DNA from: Candidatus Obscuribacteraceae bacterium
Lineage (GTDB): Bacteria; Cyanobacteriota; Vampirovibrionia; Obscuribacterales; Obscuribacteraceae
Reading direction: 5' to 3'
NCBI GenBank assembly: GCA_044229845.1
Contig: JBGASG010000003.1
Location: forward strand, 384,001-448,000
DNA length: 64,000 bases
In this document: piece after piece, positions 38,982 to 48,302 of the stretch
Layout of the letters: each line of letters starts with the position of its first letter
Position numbering within the stretch: the stretch's first letter is position 1
Notes under the pieces: model-generated
Told to the model about the DNA's origin: nothing
Seen by the model: only the letters and a program-made list of their open reading frames with translations
The model's database searches: none
Translations under genes and position numbers: made by a program

Positions 38982-40487
38982 CTAGTTGATAGCTGACAAC
39001 AGATTGAAATATTTGACGAACATTTGCATGCCGCCGGATGCCTGTTGCCAGTCGTAGTTCTCGTTTATGGCGTGGTAGCCGTGTTCCGGTAATGACAATC
39101 CGAGGAAGATAATCGGCGCCTTGAGCACTTTCTGCATGCTGACCACCGCTCCAATCGAGCCGCCCTCCCGAACAAAAGCAGGCTCTTTGCCGAAGGCCGA
39201 CTTCATTGCATCGTGTGCCGCCTGGGCAAATGGTCCTGAAAAGTCGCCAAGGTAGGGACTTAACGACCCCTCCCGCTCGACTTCGATGTCGGGATTTTTG
39301 GATTTAACGAACGCACTCACGAGCTTGAAGATTTTCTCGGGGTCTTGATCCGGAACGAGGCGTGTACTGATTTTGGCTTCGGCTTGATGAGGAACGATCG
39401 TTTTGACGCCCGGTCCCGTGTAACCGCCGACGATACCATGGACTTCAAATGTCGGCATGCCCCAAATGCGCTTGGCGCCGTCGCGATCGTCATTGGTGCG
39501 CAGGGATTTCAACTCGTGTGCGCGCTTAAATTCTTCGGCGCTGAAACCGGATTTGACGAAGTTGTCCACTTCGGAATCAGAGAGCTTCCGCACGTCATCA
39601 TAGAAGCCCGGAATTTTTACTTCGCCCGTCTTGGCGTCATAGCACTGATCGATCAGTTGCGCCACTTCACCGATAGGATTGCGCGCCAGCCCGCCGGTTA
39701 AACCGGAATGGACGTCTTTGGCGCCGGTGGACAGTTTCATCACAAAGCCTTGAAGTCCGCGCAGCCCGTAGCCGATTGCCGGACGCTCCCGCGATACCCA
39801 GATGGTGTCCGAAACGACGACAGAGTCGGCTTTCAGCTTATCCTTGTTCTGGATCAGAAATTCCTCGAAGTGCGGGCTGCCGATTTCCTCTTCCAGTTCC
39901 CAGACAAACTTGATGTTGATGGGAACCTTATGTTGTTTCGCATACTTGGCCGCATAAGCCACCGTAAGAGCAGGTCCTTTGTCATCCGTGCTACCGCGAC
40001 CTGAGTAGACACCGTTTTCGATTTTCATGTCGAAAGGAGGGCTTTTCCATTCGCTGGCGTCGGCGGGCTGCACATCAAGGTGGTTATAAACAAGCACTGT
40101 GGGGTCGCCCGGCGAGCTGGCGAACTCGCCAATCACGACCGGGTTGCCCTTGGTCTTAATCACTTCTGCCGTGCCGCCCATCGATCGCAGCAAGGCAGCC
40201 GCCTCCTCGGCGGTGCGTTCAATATCGCCTTTCTTAGTGGGGTCCATGCTGACGCTTGGGATGTCCACCAGCTTTTTGAGATCTGCCTCGTACCTCAACC
40301 GGGACTCGGTCACGTACGCGCCAACGTCTTTCACATCCACATCAACTTTCATATTGCGCTTCGCTCCTTTTGACTGAGCCTGCTGGGAGGGCTTTGTCTT
40401 GGCTGCCGGTGACTGCACCAGTGCCAGTGCGCAAACCGGGCTGGCTAAAACCAGTTCCCAGGCGAGAAGGACCGCCAGTAATTTCAC
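38982..40487 (-). CDS. M20 family metallo-dipeptidase with N-terminal signal peptide
   Basis: [40 protein letters not shown] start with GGAG RBS. Confidence 0.9.
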   Translation of the reverse strand: MKLLAVLLAWELVLASPVCALALVQSPAAKTKPSQQAQSKGAKRNMKVDVDVKDVGAYVTESRLRYEADLKKLVDIPSVSMDPTKKGDIERTAEEAAALLRSMGGTAEVIKTKGNPVVIGEFASSPGDPTVLVYNHLDVQPADASEWKSPPFDMKIENGVYSGRGSTDDKGPALTVAYAAKYAKQHKVPINIKFVWELEEEIGSPHFEEFLIQNKDKLKADSVVVSDTIWVSRERPAIGYGLRGLQGFVMKLSTGAKDVHSGLTGGLARNPIGEVAQLIDQCYDAKTGEVKIPGFYDDVRKLSDSEVDNFVKSGFSAEEFKRAHELKSLRTNDDRDGAKRIWGMPTFEVHGIVGGYTGPGVKTIVPHQAEAKISTRLVPDQDPEKIFKLVSAFVKSKNPDIEVEREGSLSPYLGDFSGPFAQAAHDAMKSAFGKEPAFVREGGSIGAVVSMQKVLKAPIIFLGLSLPEHGYHAINENYDWQQASGGMQMFVKYFNLLSAIN

Positions 40488-40560
40488 CGCTTACTCCAGG
40501 GCGCAGGGGCACCCATTACCAATGGTCCGTAATGGTAACCTGCTCGACCCGATTACTAGG

Positions 40561-40584
40561 CGCGCAAGACTGAAGTTTTTCGCG
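40561..40584 (-). repeat. Dispersed element, copy 3
   Basis: Minus strand AATG-CGCGAAAAACTTCAGTCTTGCGCG. Confidence 0.8.
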
Positions 40585-40607
40585 CATTTTTCAATTGCCT
40601 GTTGGCA

Positions 40608-41477
40608 TCAGGCGAGCCCGTTCGTCTCATTCTGGGCTAGTTGGAAGCCGCCATTCAGCGATGGTGGGCGCGCTGGTGCATTCGGAATCAGCCTGAAGTT
40701 AGGATCGAGTGGATGACGATCGACGATGTCCTTAGGCATGACTTGCCGGAAGACATTAACGAACTGCGGTCCGTTGTGATAGCCGATGATGCGTCCGATC
40801 AAACCAGGGTTAGGTCCATCTACTTGCATGACCGCCAGCGCCGGAAATTCTTTGATATCCAAGCGGTTCATCAGTTGCTTGGTATTTTGATACTGATCGT
40901 CTTTCTCCACATTCAGTTTGAGGAAAACACATTCCTGGGCAAACTTTCGGAACTCAGGATTCACGTAGGCTTCTTTATCCATCGCCTTACAGTAGTTGCA
41001 CCAGTCGGCATAGAACATGATGACCAGAGGCTTATGCTCTTTGGTGGCGCGGTTGTAAGCGGTGTATAGATCGTTGTCAACCCAATTAATTTGCGGCTGT
41101 TCGACGGGTGGGACTCTGAGATCTCCGGGTCTGAGAACGGCGGACTCGGCTGTGGGTGGCAGCGGCGAATCGGCTTGAGTTCTGGAATCGAGGATGCTGC
41201 GCGACGCGTCGAAAGGCTTGGTGTTGGGGATGTTAATGAACTTGATATCGCCGGATGGCGCCACGCCGCCGGTCGGACGGGTGTCGGTGCCGGGAATGAC
41301 CGCTGTACCGGAAGCGCCAGGGGTTTTATCAGTGGGACTAGTAAGAACAGCGGCCGTCGCATTTCCGCCATAAAGGTCGGCAAGGTCGCCGGTCCATGGA
41401 TTCGGTCCATTCAACAGCGCCACTTGTTTTGGCACACTGTCATCAGAAGCCGTTTCGAGCGGGGGTTTACCGAGCAT
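40608..41477 (-). CDS. Thioredoxin-family protein with long Pro/Thr-rich N-terminus
   Basis: FYADWCNYCKAM and cis-Pro EFP; AGGAGG RBS. Confidence 0.85.
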   Translation of the reverse strand: MLGKPPLETASDDSVPKQVALLNGPNPWTGDLADLYGGNATAAVLTSPTDKTPGASGTAVIPGTDTRPTGGVAPSGDIKFINIPNTKPFDASRSILDSRTQADSPLPPTAESAVLRPGDLRVPPVEQPQINWVDNDLYTAYNRATKEHKPLVIMFYADWCNYCKAMDKEAYVNPEFRKFAQECVFLKLNVEKDDQYQNTKQLMNRLDIKEFPALAVMQVDGPNPGLIGRIIGYHNGPQFVNVFRQVMPKDIVDRHPLDPNFRLIPNAPARPPSLNGGFQLAQNETNGLA

Positions 41478-41735
41478 TCAGATGCCTCCTCACCGCCTGC
41501 ACCAGGGTATGCAGGGGAGAAAAATTCGAAGAGCTAGAGAACTCCGCGACTGCTTTCGTGGGTCAAGATGGATAAGACGAGCTGACTCAAGTTGAACCTT
41601 TTGCTGCCATGCGAAGTCCGGCCACGATGTGACCGCTCTTCCTCTACCTGTGCGTATATATTCGGCAGCGAAATTCTCTGGACAGCGAGAACATTAAATG
41701 TGCCGGGCGCCTCTGCCGGCACAGCCGGTAGAACG

Positions 41736-41760
41736 CGCGAAAAACAGCCGTTTTTCCGCG
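41736..41760 (+). repeat. Dispersed element, copy 4 (25-bp variant)
   Basis: AACG-CGCGAAAAACAGCCGTTTTTCCGCG. Confidence 0.8.
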
Positions 41761-41779
41761 GGGCGGAAAAGCTGTAATA

Positions 41780-42622
41780 TCAACCCTGGACCGGGTTCTG
41801 TGTCTTATCGCTATAAGGCATCGGCACGAATTGTACTGTCGAGCGCGTGTTCGAACTTTGCGGATAGAGATCCATCAACTCGTATACTTCAGAAGGAAGT
41901 CCTGTTTTGACAGGTAATCCAAGCTTTTGCGCGTCCTCGACCGTGATCGGATAATCGTGTGTCCAGATGCCCGAGGCCAGATTGCGGGCAATCTCGGGGA
42001 TTCGCTCAGGATCCACCTTTACCTGAGGTATGTGGTCCGAGAGGATCTTATTTACTAGAGACTCCACTTGTTTTAAAGCCTTCTCGGCGATGTCCGCCAG
42101 GATCAGAGTCTGGTCATCCAGTTTGGCGGCCGGTTTGTCAGCTACGAGCTTGAGGATGCCGGCCGCAGACTGGTTTCCCAGCTGGGGATCGACTGGTCCC
42201 AGCACAGCATTTTCATCCATTACTATTTCGTCGCTGGCCAGCGCCAATAGAGTGCCGCCGGACATCGCATAGTGCGGCACGAACACTGTCACCTTCGCCT
42301 GGTGACGCGTGAGCGCCACAGCGATTTGCTGCGACGCCAAAACCAGCCCGCCCGGCGTGTGCAGGACGATGTCCAACGGCATATCCGCTGGTGTCAGATG
42401 AATCGCTCGCAAAATCTGCTCAGAGTCTTCGATGCTGATGTAGCGGGCAATGGGAAATCCCAGGAGATTCATGACCTCCTGTCTGTGGATGAGAACAATC
42501 ACCCGGCTCTGACGAAGTTTTTCGAGCTTGACGATGGCAGCCCGCCTCTTCGCCTCCAGAGCCGACTGAGAGATGGACGGCATCAACATCATGAGAAACA
42601 CAACTGGAAGAAACAGATCCAT
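41780..42622 (-). CDS. SDH-family ClpP-fold serine proteinase
   Basis: IHRQE, LHTPGG, AMSGGTL, LGPVDPQ, WTHDYPI; start moved to MDLFLP. Confidence 0.88.
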   Translation of the reverse strand: MDLFLPVVFLMMLMPSISQSALEAKRRAAIVKLEKLRQSRVIVLIHRQEVMNLLGFPIARYISIEDSEQILRAIHLTPADMPLDIVLHTPGGLVLASQQIAVALTRHQAKVTVFVPHYAMSGGTLLALASDEIVMDENAVLGPVDPQLGNQSAAGILKLVADKPAAKLDDQTLILADIAEKALKQVESLVNKILSDHIPQVKVDPERIPEIARNLASGIWTHDYPITVEDAQKLGLPVKTGLPSEVYELMDLYPQSSNTRSTVQFVPMPYSDKTQNPVQG

Positions 42623-42647
42623 AAAGTCCTTTAGTCCTCTGTCCCTG

Positions 42648-43814
42648 TCAGCGGGCGTGCGCCAGGTTTCGTTCCTTCCGCGTAAATTCGACGCCGCGCT
42701 TGCGCATTTCCTCAAGAAACCGTTTGGTGGGAATGGCCGTTTCTTGAGCGAGTGTGCCGCGACTGGTGATCTCATTGTCTGCCACCATCTGGGCGATGAT
42801 CGAAGCGGGGAATGCTGTAGTGCGCATCATCGCCGAGAGTCCGGTTTTCTCGTCCATGTAGTCGATTGCTTCCCAAACGATCTCTGCAGGCTCGCCCTGT
42901 CTCATGCCCAGAACGCTGACGCGCACCAGCACCACATCAGTTTCTTCCTTGGGCAGCTTCTGGGACAGTAAGGAGGCCAGCACCGCACGTGGTGGTACGG
43001 AGATCTGATTATTGAGGCGCACCGAGCGACTGTCCATCAGTCCCAGATCGCGCAGCAGGCGCACCTGCTGGCAGTGTCCGGGATAGCGAATAGCCTTATA
43101 GTCCAGATGTTTCACTTTGTCACCCAAAGTGGTGGGCAAAGTCGAGATGCCGCCGGAAGTATTGAAAGCTTCCATGACGCCGAACGGCTGCGGAAATTCG
43201 AGGGTCTCCACATCGGAGAGCGAGGGGACGCGCATCAATTTGCCTTCTCTGATGACGGTGACGTCCTCGGTGTACTCGTTAATCAATCCATCGACCGAGT
43301 AGAAGAGGGCATAGTTCAGGGGAGGTCGGGGCTCCGCCGGCAAACCGCCGACACGCAGCCTGATCTCTGTGACTTCGTCGAATTCCTGCACTGCGTCCGC
43401 AGCCAGAATTGACACCATTCCCGGTGCCAGTCCGCAATCAGGAATAATCGCTACGTTTTTTTCCCGGGCCATTTCATCGAGCAAGAACTCTTTGCGCACG
43501 ACATCTTCGTTGCCGCCCAGATCAACGAAGTGAGCCCCGGCTTCCATTGCCAGTTTCGCCAGGTCGTAGTTGTGTTTGTAGGTCACACAACTGATCGCCA
43601 CGTCGCAAGCCGACATTAGCATAGCCGACTCATCGAGGTCGGCCACATCCGCCACCACCATAGCGATGCGCTTGTCTGGCCACTGCTGGTAGATGCGCTC
43701 CAACTGTTTCTCATCGGTATCGCAGATCATGATCTGCGTGGCGGAGCTGTTGTGCACCAGGTCGTACACGACCGCGTATCCCATCCGACCGGCCCCGAGA
43801 ACGAGGAACCTCAT
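42648..43814 (-). CDS. Saccharopine dehydrogenase / lysine 6-dehydrogenase-like protein
   Basis: VLGAGRMG, DLGG, DCGLAPG, VGGLP, GLINEY, IRYPGH, AMMRTT. Confidence 0.88.
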   Translation of the reverse strand: MRFLVLGAGRMGYAVVYDLVHNSSATQIMICDTDEKQLERIYQQWPDKRIAMVVADVADLDESAMLMSACDVAISCVTYKHNYDLAKLAMEAGAHFVDLGGNEDVVRKEFLLDEMAREKNVAIIPDCGLAPGMVSILAADAVQEFDEVTEIRLRVGGLPAEPRPPLNYALFYSVDGLINEYTEDVTVIREGKLMRVPSLSDVETLEFPQPFGVMEAFNTSGGISTLPTTLGDKVKHLDYKAIRYPGHCQQVRLLRDLGLMDSRSVRLNNQISVPPRAVLASLLSQKLPKEETDVVLVRVSVLGMRQGEPAEIVWEAIDYMDEKTGLSAMMRTTAFPASIIAQMVADNEITSRGTLAQETAIPTKRFLEEMRKRGVEFTRKERNLAHAR

Positions 43815-43889
43815 ACTTACCTTACCTCACTCCTGACTGACGGAAGGACACTGGCGGACGGACTGACGAACCAACTTGAACGACGGAAC

Positions 43890-44681
43890 CTAATTGACGG
43901 AGCGGCGCTTGCCGCCGTCCACGACGATTGTCTGTCCTGTTATGTAAGAAGCCGGCTGCGACACCAGAAACGTCACCACCGAGGCAAATTCTTCCGGCTT
44001 GCCTAACCGGCGAGCAGGGATCGATTCGACATAGTCGCTCATGAAGTCTGCTTTGCTCTTGCCGGTTTTTTCGGCACGCGCGTTCAACAGGTGATCCGTG
44101 CGGTCAGTTTGGATCATGCCAGGCGCCACGCAATTGACCGTGATATTGTGACTGGCCACCTCGTCGCTGAGGGTCTTGGACATAGCCGTGACGGCCGAAC
44201 GAATCGCGTTTGAAATCGCCAGGTTGGCAATCGGCTCGATCACGCTCAGCGAAGTGACGACTATAATGCGGCCCCAGTTCTGTTTCTTCATGTGCGGCAC
44301 AAAAGCCAGATTGAGATGCGCCGTGCTCTTAAATAGCTGGTCGAAGCCGTCTTGCCACTGCTCCAGCGGAGTTTCTTCAGCGGCGGTAGCCGGTGGTCCG
44401 CCGACATTGTGAATGACGATGTCGGGGGCACCGAGGTTGGCGACGACGTTTGCCACCAGTGCATTGCGCGATTCTTCGGACTTCAGATCGCAAGCTGCGT
44501 AGTGAACCTTAGCGCCGGTAAGAACGCCGATTTCCTCGGACACCTTGACCAGCTCCTCTTCCTTGCGCGCACAGATAAACAGTTCGGCGCCTTCTTGCGC
44601 GAGCGACATCGCAATCGCCCGTCCCAGTCCCTGAGAGGCTGCGCAAACGAGTGCTTTCTTTTTTTCCAGACCTAGTTTCAT
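43890..44681 (-). CDS. Short-chain dehydrogenase/reductase (atypical: S..IR in place of YxxxK)
   Basis: AASQGLG, NVGGPP, ISNAIRSA, APGMIQT, YITGQ..VVDGG. Confidence 0.9.
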   Translation of the reverse strand: MKLGLEKKKALVCAASQGLGRAIAMSLAQEGAELFICARKEEELVKVSEEIGVLTGAKVHYAACDLKSEESRNALVANVVANLGAPDIVIHNVGGPPATAAEETPLEQWQDGFDQLFKSTAHLNLAFVPHMKKQNWGRIIVVTSLSVIEPIANLAISNAIRSAVTAMSKTLSDEVASHNITVNCVAPGMIQTDRTDHLLNARAEKTGKSKADFMSDYVESIPARRLGKPEEFASVVTFLVSQPASYITGQTIVVDGGKRRSVN

Positions 44682-44682
44682 T

Positions 44683-46158
44683 TTATGGAGTCACCTTGTA
44701 CTTGTAGCAGATGGTCTTCACTTCTGAAAAGAAGTCCAGTCCGTAGCGGCCGCCTTCTCTGCCGATGCCGCTGGCTTTTTGACCGCCGAAGGGAGTTCTC
44801 AGATCGCGCGCGAACCAGCAATTGACCCAGAGTATGCCGGTGCGGATGCGCTGCGACACGCGGTGGCAGCGATTGACGTCGGTGCTCCAGATGCTGGTGG
44901 AAAGCCCGTAAGCAGTGCTGTTGGCCATGCCCACCACTTCCTCTTCCGTCTTGAAAGAGATGACCGGCAACACAGGTCCGAATATCTCTTCCTGGCAAAA
45001 CCGCGAATCGTATTTGAGATCGCAAAAGAGAGCCGGTTTCAAGAACAGTCCCTCAGGAAAATCCGGGTGCCGCTCGCCGCCCACCAGAAGCTTTCCTTCC
45101 TTCGTGCCCATGTCGATGTAGCTTTGTACTTTCTCCAGTTGTTCTTTGCTGATGATCGCGCCCATCTGCGTCTTGGGGTCGAGCGGATCGCCTACCTTAA
45201 TAGTGCTGACCTGGGTGGTGAGAGCATCGAGAACCTTCTTGTAGACACCTTCCTGCACAAAGAGTCGCGAACCGGCAAGACAGATCTGCCCCTGATTGCG
45301 ATAAGCGGCACGCACCGCCGTCGGTATCGCCTCACTGAGATCTGCGTCATCGAAGATAATGTTGGCGCCTTTGCCACCCAGTTCGAACGAGACCTTTTTG
45401 AGGCTGTCCGCAGCTACTCTCATGATCGCTTTGCCGGTGGTGGTTTCGCCGGTAAACGAGATGCTCGCCACATCAGGGTGACGAGTGAGCGCTTCGCCGG
45501 CGCTGGCGGCGCCGAACCCATGTACGACGTTGAGAACGCCGGGTGGTAAACCGGCTTCTTTGATGATGTGACCCAGCAAGTAGGCGGTATAGGGTGTCCA
45601 CTCCGCTGGTTTCAAGACGCAGGAGTTGCCCATCGCCAGGCAAGGAGCAATTTTCCAGGTAGCCAGATAAAGCGGCAAGTTCCAGGGTGTAATCAGGGCG
45701 CACACGCCCAGAGGTTCTCGCACCGCAAAATGGCGCTCAGCTTCCGACACGGTGAAGCACTCTTCCGTAAGTGCCGGCGCATACTCTGCGAAAAAGTGGA
45801 AATTCTGAGCGGCTCTCGGTATGTCTCCGTCAAGGCTCTCGGCAATCGGCTTGCCGGTGTCCATCGACTCCGCGCGGGCCAACACCTCACGATGGGCGAG
45901 GATCAGATCGCCGATTTTGCGCAATACAGCGCAGCGCTCTCGTAAAGACATGCGGGCCCACGGACCCTTATCGAAAGCTTCTTTAGCGGCCGAGACCGCC
46001 GCGTCGATATCGGCGGCGCCGCCACTGGCGACGGTGGCAATCACCTTGCCGGTGGCCGGGTTGACCGTCTCGAAGGTGTCTTTGGAAACGGAGGGACGAA
46101 ACTCGCCGTTAATAAAGTGGAGAAACGACTTTTCTTGGGCTGCACTGGCAACTGTCAT
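44683..46158 (-). CDS. 2-aminomuconate/2-hydroxymuconate semialdehyde dehydrogenase
   Basis: DIPRA..NF.FF, PWNLPLYL.TWK, FELGGK, NQGQICL.GSR, VNCW..RDLRTPFGG; kynurenine cluster context. Confidence 0.88.
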   Translation of the reverse strand: MTVASAAQEKSFLHFINGEFRPSVSKDTFETVNPATGKVIATVASGGAADIDAAVSAAKEAFDKGPWARMSLRERCAVLRKIGDLILAHREVLARAESMDTGKPIAESLDGDIPRAAQNFHFFAEYAPALTEECFTVSEAERHFAVREPLGVCALITPWNLPLYLATWKIAPCLAMGNSCVLKPAEWTPYTAYLLGHIIKEAGLPPGVLNVVHGFGAASAGEALTRHPDVASISFTGETTTGKAIMRVAADSLKKVSFELGGKGANIIFDDADLSEAIPTAVRAAYRNQGQICLAGSRLFVQEGVYKKVLDALTTQVSTIKVGDPLDPKTQMGAIISKEQLEKVQSYIDMGTKEGKLLVGGERHPDFPEGLFLKPALFCDLKYDSRFCQEEIFGPVLPVISFKTEEEVVGMANSTAYGLSTSIWSTDVNRCHRVSQRIRTGILWVNCWFARDLRTPFGGQKASGIGREGGRYGLDFFSEVKTICYKYKVTP

Positions 46159-46170
46159 GATCACCCTCAC

Positions 46171-46602
46171 TCAGGTTTGTTTGCAAAGAGCAATGGCCTT
46201 GATTTCTATGTAATTGCGTCCGGGCAGGCGAGCTGCCTGTATGGTCGTGCGGGCTGGCGGTTGCGAAAAACCGAAGAATTTCGCGTATACCTGGTTGTAA
46301 CGTGGAAAGTCTTCCATGTTGGCGAGGAAAACCGTAACATCCACCACATCTTCCAGCGTGCAGCCGGCCGCGCGCAAAACCGCGATCAAGTTCTGCAGAC
46401 ACCCTTCTGTCTGCGCCTCGATGTCATAGGCAGTGATCTTGCCGTTTTCATCGAGGGTGATACCACACTCGATACCGCTCTTAGGATCGCGGCAGCCCTG
46501 TCCGGAGACGAACAGGAATGGTCCCGCCTTGACGGCATGTGAGTAGGCGCCGAGCGGACTCGGAGCCTCTTCTTGCAATTGGATGCCCTGACGCTGATAC
46601 AT
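46171..46602 (-). CDS. RidA-family protein, probable 2-aminomuconate deaminase
   Basis: PLGAYSH, LFVSG, PARTT, IEIKAIA; immediately upstream of the ALDH. Confidence 0.82.
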   Translation of the reverse strand: MYQRQGIQLQEEAPSPLGAYSHAVKAGPFLFVSGQGCRDPKSGIECGITLDENGKITAYDIEAQTEGCLQNLIAVLRAAGCTLEDVVDVTVFLANMEDFPRYNQVYAKFFGFSQPPARTTIQAARLPGRNYIEIKAIALCKQT

Positions 46603-46686
46603 TGCCGGAAATACTAGCAAATTCTTTGATCACAGTCCCCGTTTGCTTGCGATAATTTAGCCCCCTGCTCAATTTGGAAATTTGCC

Positions 46687-47202
46687 ATGAAACTGGGAAC
46701 GATCAATTTTCGCAAGTGGATTGATGAACACCGCCATCTTCTGAAGCCACCGGTGGGCAACAAGCTGGTCTGGGAAGACCGCGAGTTCATGATAATGGTG
46801 GTGGGCGGACCCAACTCCCGCACTGACTACCATGTCAATCCCGGCGAGGAATTTTTCTACCAGGTCGAGGGCGACATGGTCCTCAAGATCATTGACAGGG
46901 AAGAAGGCAAGCCTGTCGACATCCCAATCTGTGAAGGGGAAATCTTCCTTCTACCGCCCAACACCCCCCATTCCCCGCGCCGTCCCGCCAACACGGTCGG
47001 ATTGGTTATCGAGCGCCAGCGCAGTGACAAGGAGATGGATGGGTTCATTTGGCACTGTGAAAAGTGCGGCTCCAAGCTCTACGAAGAATTCATGCATGTC
47101 ACGAACCTGGTAACCCAGCTACCGCCCGTATTCGACCGTTTCTACGCCGAGGAAGCCAACTGCGTTTGCAAGCAGTGCGGCGCCAAAATGACGAGGAACT
47201 AA
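46687..47202 (+). CDS. nbaC: 3-hydroxyanthranilate 3,4-dioxygenase
   Basis: LKPPVGNK, GGPN.RTDYH, EEFFYQ, PHSP, two CxxC rubredoxin-like motifs. Confidence 0.96.
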   Translation: MKLGTINFRKWIDEHRHLLKPPVGNKLVWEDREFMIMVVGGPNSRTDYHVNPGEEFFYQVEGDMVLKIIDREEGKPVDIPICEGEIFLLPPNTPHSPRRPANTVGLVIERQRSDKEMDGFIWHCEKCGSKLYEEFMHVTNLVTQLPPVFDRFYAEEANCVCKQCGAKMTRN

Positions 47203-47219
47203 TTTCTTTCCAACAGCCG

Positions 47220-48302
47220 ATGCCAAAAATCGACATCCACACTCACATCTTGCCGGAGAAGCTGCCAAGCTTTAAAGACGAGTTCGGCTATGGCGGATTT
47301 ATTACTCTGCAAGAGGGTTCGCGTCCGGGCTTCAAGAATATGGTCGGCGACGATGGCAAGTTCTTCCGCGAAGTCGAGTGCAATTGTTGGGACCCCCAGG
47401 TCCGCCTCAAAGAATGCGAAGAGGCCGCGGTGGACGTGCAGGTGTTGTCCACCGTGCCCGTCATGTTCAGCTACTGGACTCAACCCCAGGACGGTCTGGC
47501 GGTGGCGCAGTTTCTCAACGATCACCTGGCTGAAGTTGTAGAGAGCGATCCGCGGCGCTTCATCGGACTGGGCACCGTACCCCTGCAGAGCCCCGATCTG
47601 GCTGTCAAAGAACTCGAGCGATGCATGAAGGATTTGAATTTCGCCGGCATTCAGATTGGCAGCCACGTCAATCAATGGAACTTAAGCGACGAAAACCTGT
47701 TTCCGTTTTTCCGCAAAGCCGAAGAGTTGGGTGCCGCTCTGTTCGTGCACCCATGGGACATGGTCGGGCAGGAGCGCATGAGCAAATACTGGCTGCCCTG
47801 GCTGGTGGGGATGCCGGCTGAAGGTGCACTGGCCATCGCGTCGATGATCTTCGGTGGCGTGTTTGAAAGACTGCCTGGATTGCGCGTCGCATTTGCTCAC
47901 GGCGGCGGTGCTTTTCCGGGGACCATCGGTCGCCTCGAACACGGCTTTCAGGCGCGTCCGGATCTTTGCGCCATCGACAACGATAAGCCCCCGATCAGCT
48001 ATGCCGGCAAGTTCTGGGTCGACTCACTGGTCCACGATCCGCGCACACTCAGGTACGTGATCGAGATACTAGGTGAAGATAAGATCGCGCTCGGTACCGA
48101 TTATCCGTTTCCTCTGGGAGAGTTGAAAGCGGGTGAAATGATCGAATCGATGGAAGATTTGAGCGCCGGCACTCGCGAAAAACTGCTCTGGCGCAACGCC
48201 ATTGATTGGCTGGGAGTATCGCCGGCCAAGCACGGTCTGCCTGAGGGCGACGCGCACAAGGACGCACTGGCTTCTTCAACACGCACAGGTGATAAGAAAT
48301 GA
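47220..48302 (+). CDS. 2-amino-3-carboxymuconate-6-semialdehyde decarboxylase (ACMSD)
   Basis: IDIHTH, STVPVMFSYW, FVHPWDM, WLVGMPAE, AHGGG, GTDYPFPLGE. Confidence 0.94.
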   Translation: MPKIDIHTHILPEKLPSFKDEFGYGGFITLQEGSRPGFKNMVGDDGKFFREVECNCWDPQVRLKECEEAAVDVQVLSTVPVMFSYWTQPQDGLAVAQFLNDHLAEVVESDPRRFIGLGTVPLQSPDLAVKELERCMKDLNFAGIQIGSHVNQWNLSDENLFPFFRKAEELGAALFVHPWDMVGQERMSKYWLPWLVGMPAEGALAIASMIFGGVFERLPGLRVAFAHGGGAFPGTIGRLEHGFQARPDLCAIDNDKPPISYAGKFWVDSLVHDPRTLRYVIEILGEDKIALGTDYPFPLGELKAGEMIESMEDLSAGTREKLLWRNAIDWLGVSPAKHGLPEGDAHKDALASSTRTGDKK

